Shown: piece by piece, positions 62,251-64,000 of the stretch
Layout of the letters: the number at the start of each line of letters is the position of its first letter
Position numbering within the stretch: the first letter of the stretch is position 1
Source of the DNA: Thalia democratica
Lineage: Eukaryota
DNA length: 64,000 nucleotides
Assembly (NCBI GenBank): GCA_965202585.1
Contig: OZ241831.1
Coordinates: 26,846,001-26,910,000 of the forward strand
Direction of reading: 5' to 3'
The notes under the pieces: model-generated
Database searches by the model: none
What the model was told of the DNA's origin: nothing
Seen by the model: the letters and a program-made list of their open reading frames with translations, nothing else
Made by a program: the position numbers and the translations under genes

Positions 62251-64000
62251 GCTATTTTTATTCACTACATAACTATACATGTTATGTTATTAGTAAAATA
62301 TTAGACTAAAAGGAAAGAAAAAGTTTAGTTTTCAATACAATTATTGTTTGAAAAATCTTTAAAAGGTTTTTAAGTTCGTATTTAAACATTTGGTAGATTG
62401 TAATTAGCTAGTGGTTTTTGTGTTTATATCTGTTTAAAAAAAAATTACTTGTATTTTATAAGCAAATTACTAAAAAACTTATTTCTAATCTGCTGCACTT
62501 TCAGATTGTTTAATGATTTTTATTTTGATATATCTACCTAAAAAATGCTATTAACCTACTTATATCTACTACAACTTATCTGAAATTTTTATTGTATTAA
62601 GTAACTTTCGTTAACTTTGAAAAGATTCACAAGTTTTTATGAGCTAGTTTTTTTCTGCTTAAAACAATAAACTTATTACAAGTATTATAATTATTAAAAA
62701 TTTGCAACATAAGCTTAGAAAGGTAATTTTATGGAGGAAAAAAAATTATTGTTTTTTTGATTAAAAAAAAACTAGCTCGAAAGTTTTTATTTAAGATTTA
62801 ATTTAATAAAAATTTATATCTACTGAGTGCTACTTTCTTTACAAAGTTGTTCTAAAATTAACTGAAGATTACAAATTAAAACTCTAGGAACAAAATTGCT
62901 TATATAAAAAAATACTTTTTTTAAACATCAATTATGTTTAGATGCACTTAATTATTTAAAATACCTAGATTTTTTATTACAGTAAATACTTTTTTAACTT
63001 AAATTCAAAAATGTTATATGCATGAATACTGAAAAACAGCTGTATTAGTATAGCTTTAAAATATCTTGGAATAACACAATTTTTACAACAGTGTTCAAAC
63101 TTTAGAGTGTTTAATTAATAAAAAATCATTTTTTAATAAATACAAGATGCTAAAAAAATATGTTCCATGGACTTAGTTTAATTTAAACAGATAATGTAAG
63201 CAAACTAAAAATTTAAATGTTAAGCTTATACCATACTTAGACATTTAGTTAAGACACATCAGTTTATAATCCTTCTTATGTAAAATTTAAATAATATGTA
63301 TATATAGGTAACTACTAAATTACTATATTTACGAAAATTATAAAACTGGATGATAAATATTTTTTCCAATAAAAAATGAAAATAAATTAACACTAAAAAA
63401 AATTAACTAATTTTGTTTCTGACTGTTGTTATTTATTGAAATTATAAATATTATTTTAAACTTAAAAATAATCTAACAGTGTATTCTAAATAAAACATAG
63501 ATGATGTAGTATTTTAATTTGCTTTCTTAAGCTATCCTTAGAACAATTTTTAATCGGTATCGTTTAAAACTTGTCATATTTGACTGTTTTCTAAAAGTTA
63601 TATTTAATTAGTACTAAAAACCACATAAACAAAAATATAAAATTCCTACTTATAAGTTTCAATTACTATTGACTAATTTTTAAGAGGTTATTTTAGACAA
63701 TTAGTCAGTTTGATATACAACTTATCAAATCTTAATCAACTCTGTATTTTACCAATAAAAATATTTTTAAATAGGTTTTTTTGATTTTTCTATAAATGCA
63801 AATGATGTTTAAGTATCTTTTTCTATCAAGTTTGTGTTTACTAATTTTTTAGTTCAAAAAACAATAACTTTAAAACATTTTCTTAACTATTAGAACTAAA
63901 ATAGATCTTAAAGTCTAGAAATTTTTTAGCTTGTTTTATAGCAAAAGATATAATACAGTGTACCTCGCTAATCAGTTCATGTGAAAAAGTTTTTTTTTTT

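Noticed and set aside
1-64000. CRISPR arrays, rRNA, tRNA genes, prokaryotic operons
   Set aside because: None seen; the sequence is eukaryotic with spliceosomal introns and no regularly spaced repeat-spacer array.

Overview
Very AT-rich eukaryotic (invertebrate animal) genomic DNA. The BMP2/4 sequence and intron position, plus a perfect match to the Ciona-type spliced leader, point tentatively to a tunicate, but the taxon cannot be proven from this window. Four host loci are supported, all on the minus strand. (1) The 5' end of an NAD-isocitrate dehydrogenase (IDH3 beta/gamma-type) gene, which runs off the left edge. (2) An intronless RSPH10B (MORN-repeat radial spoke protein). (3) Directly downstream in tandem, a diverged 360-aa paralog that keeps only the non-MORN C-terminal domain. 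(4) A bmp2/4 gene with two coding exons (458 aa), a predicted TATA/Inr promoter and several CpG-retaining non-coding islands in an otherwise gene-free region of more than 36 kb. The rest is transposon-derived: a near full-length frameshifted CR1-clade LINE (~7.2-11.5 kb), a foldback element with a 9-bp TSD, several hAT MITEs (three with 8-bp TSDs), and Penelope, Merlin, hAT and LINE remnants, plus a three-copy structured ~120-nt SINE-like repeat. The most unusual items are the RSPH10B/truncated-paralog pair (possibly joinable in frame by splicing), a spliced-leader 16-mer next to a hammerhead core in a Penelope 3' end, and a perfect 30-bp hairpin inserted with a 15-bp duplication. All homology calls come from recognising motifs by eye; no database search was run.
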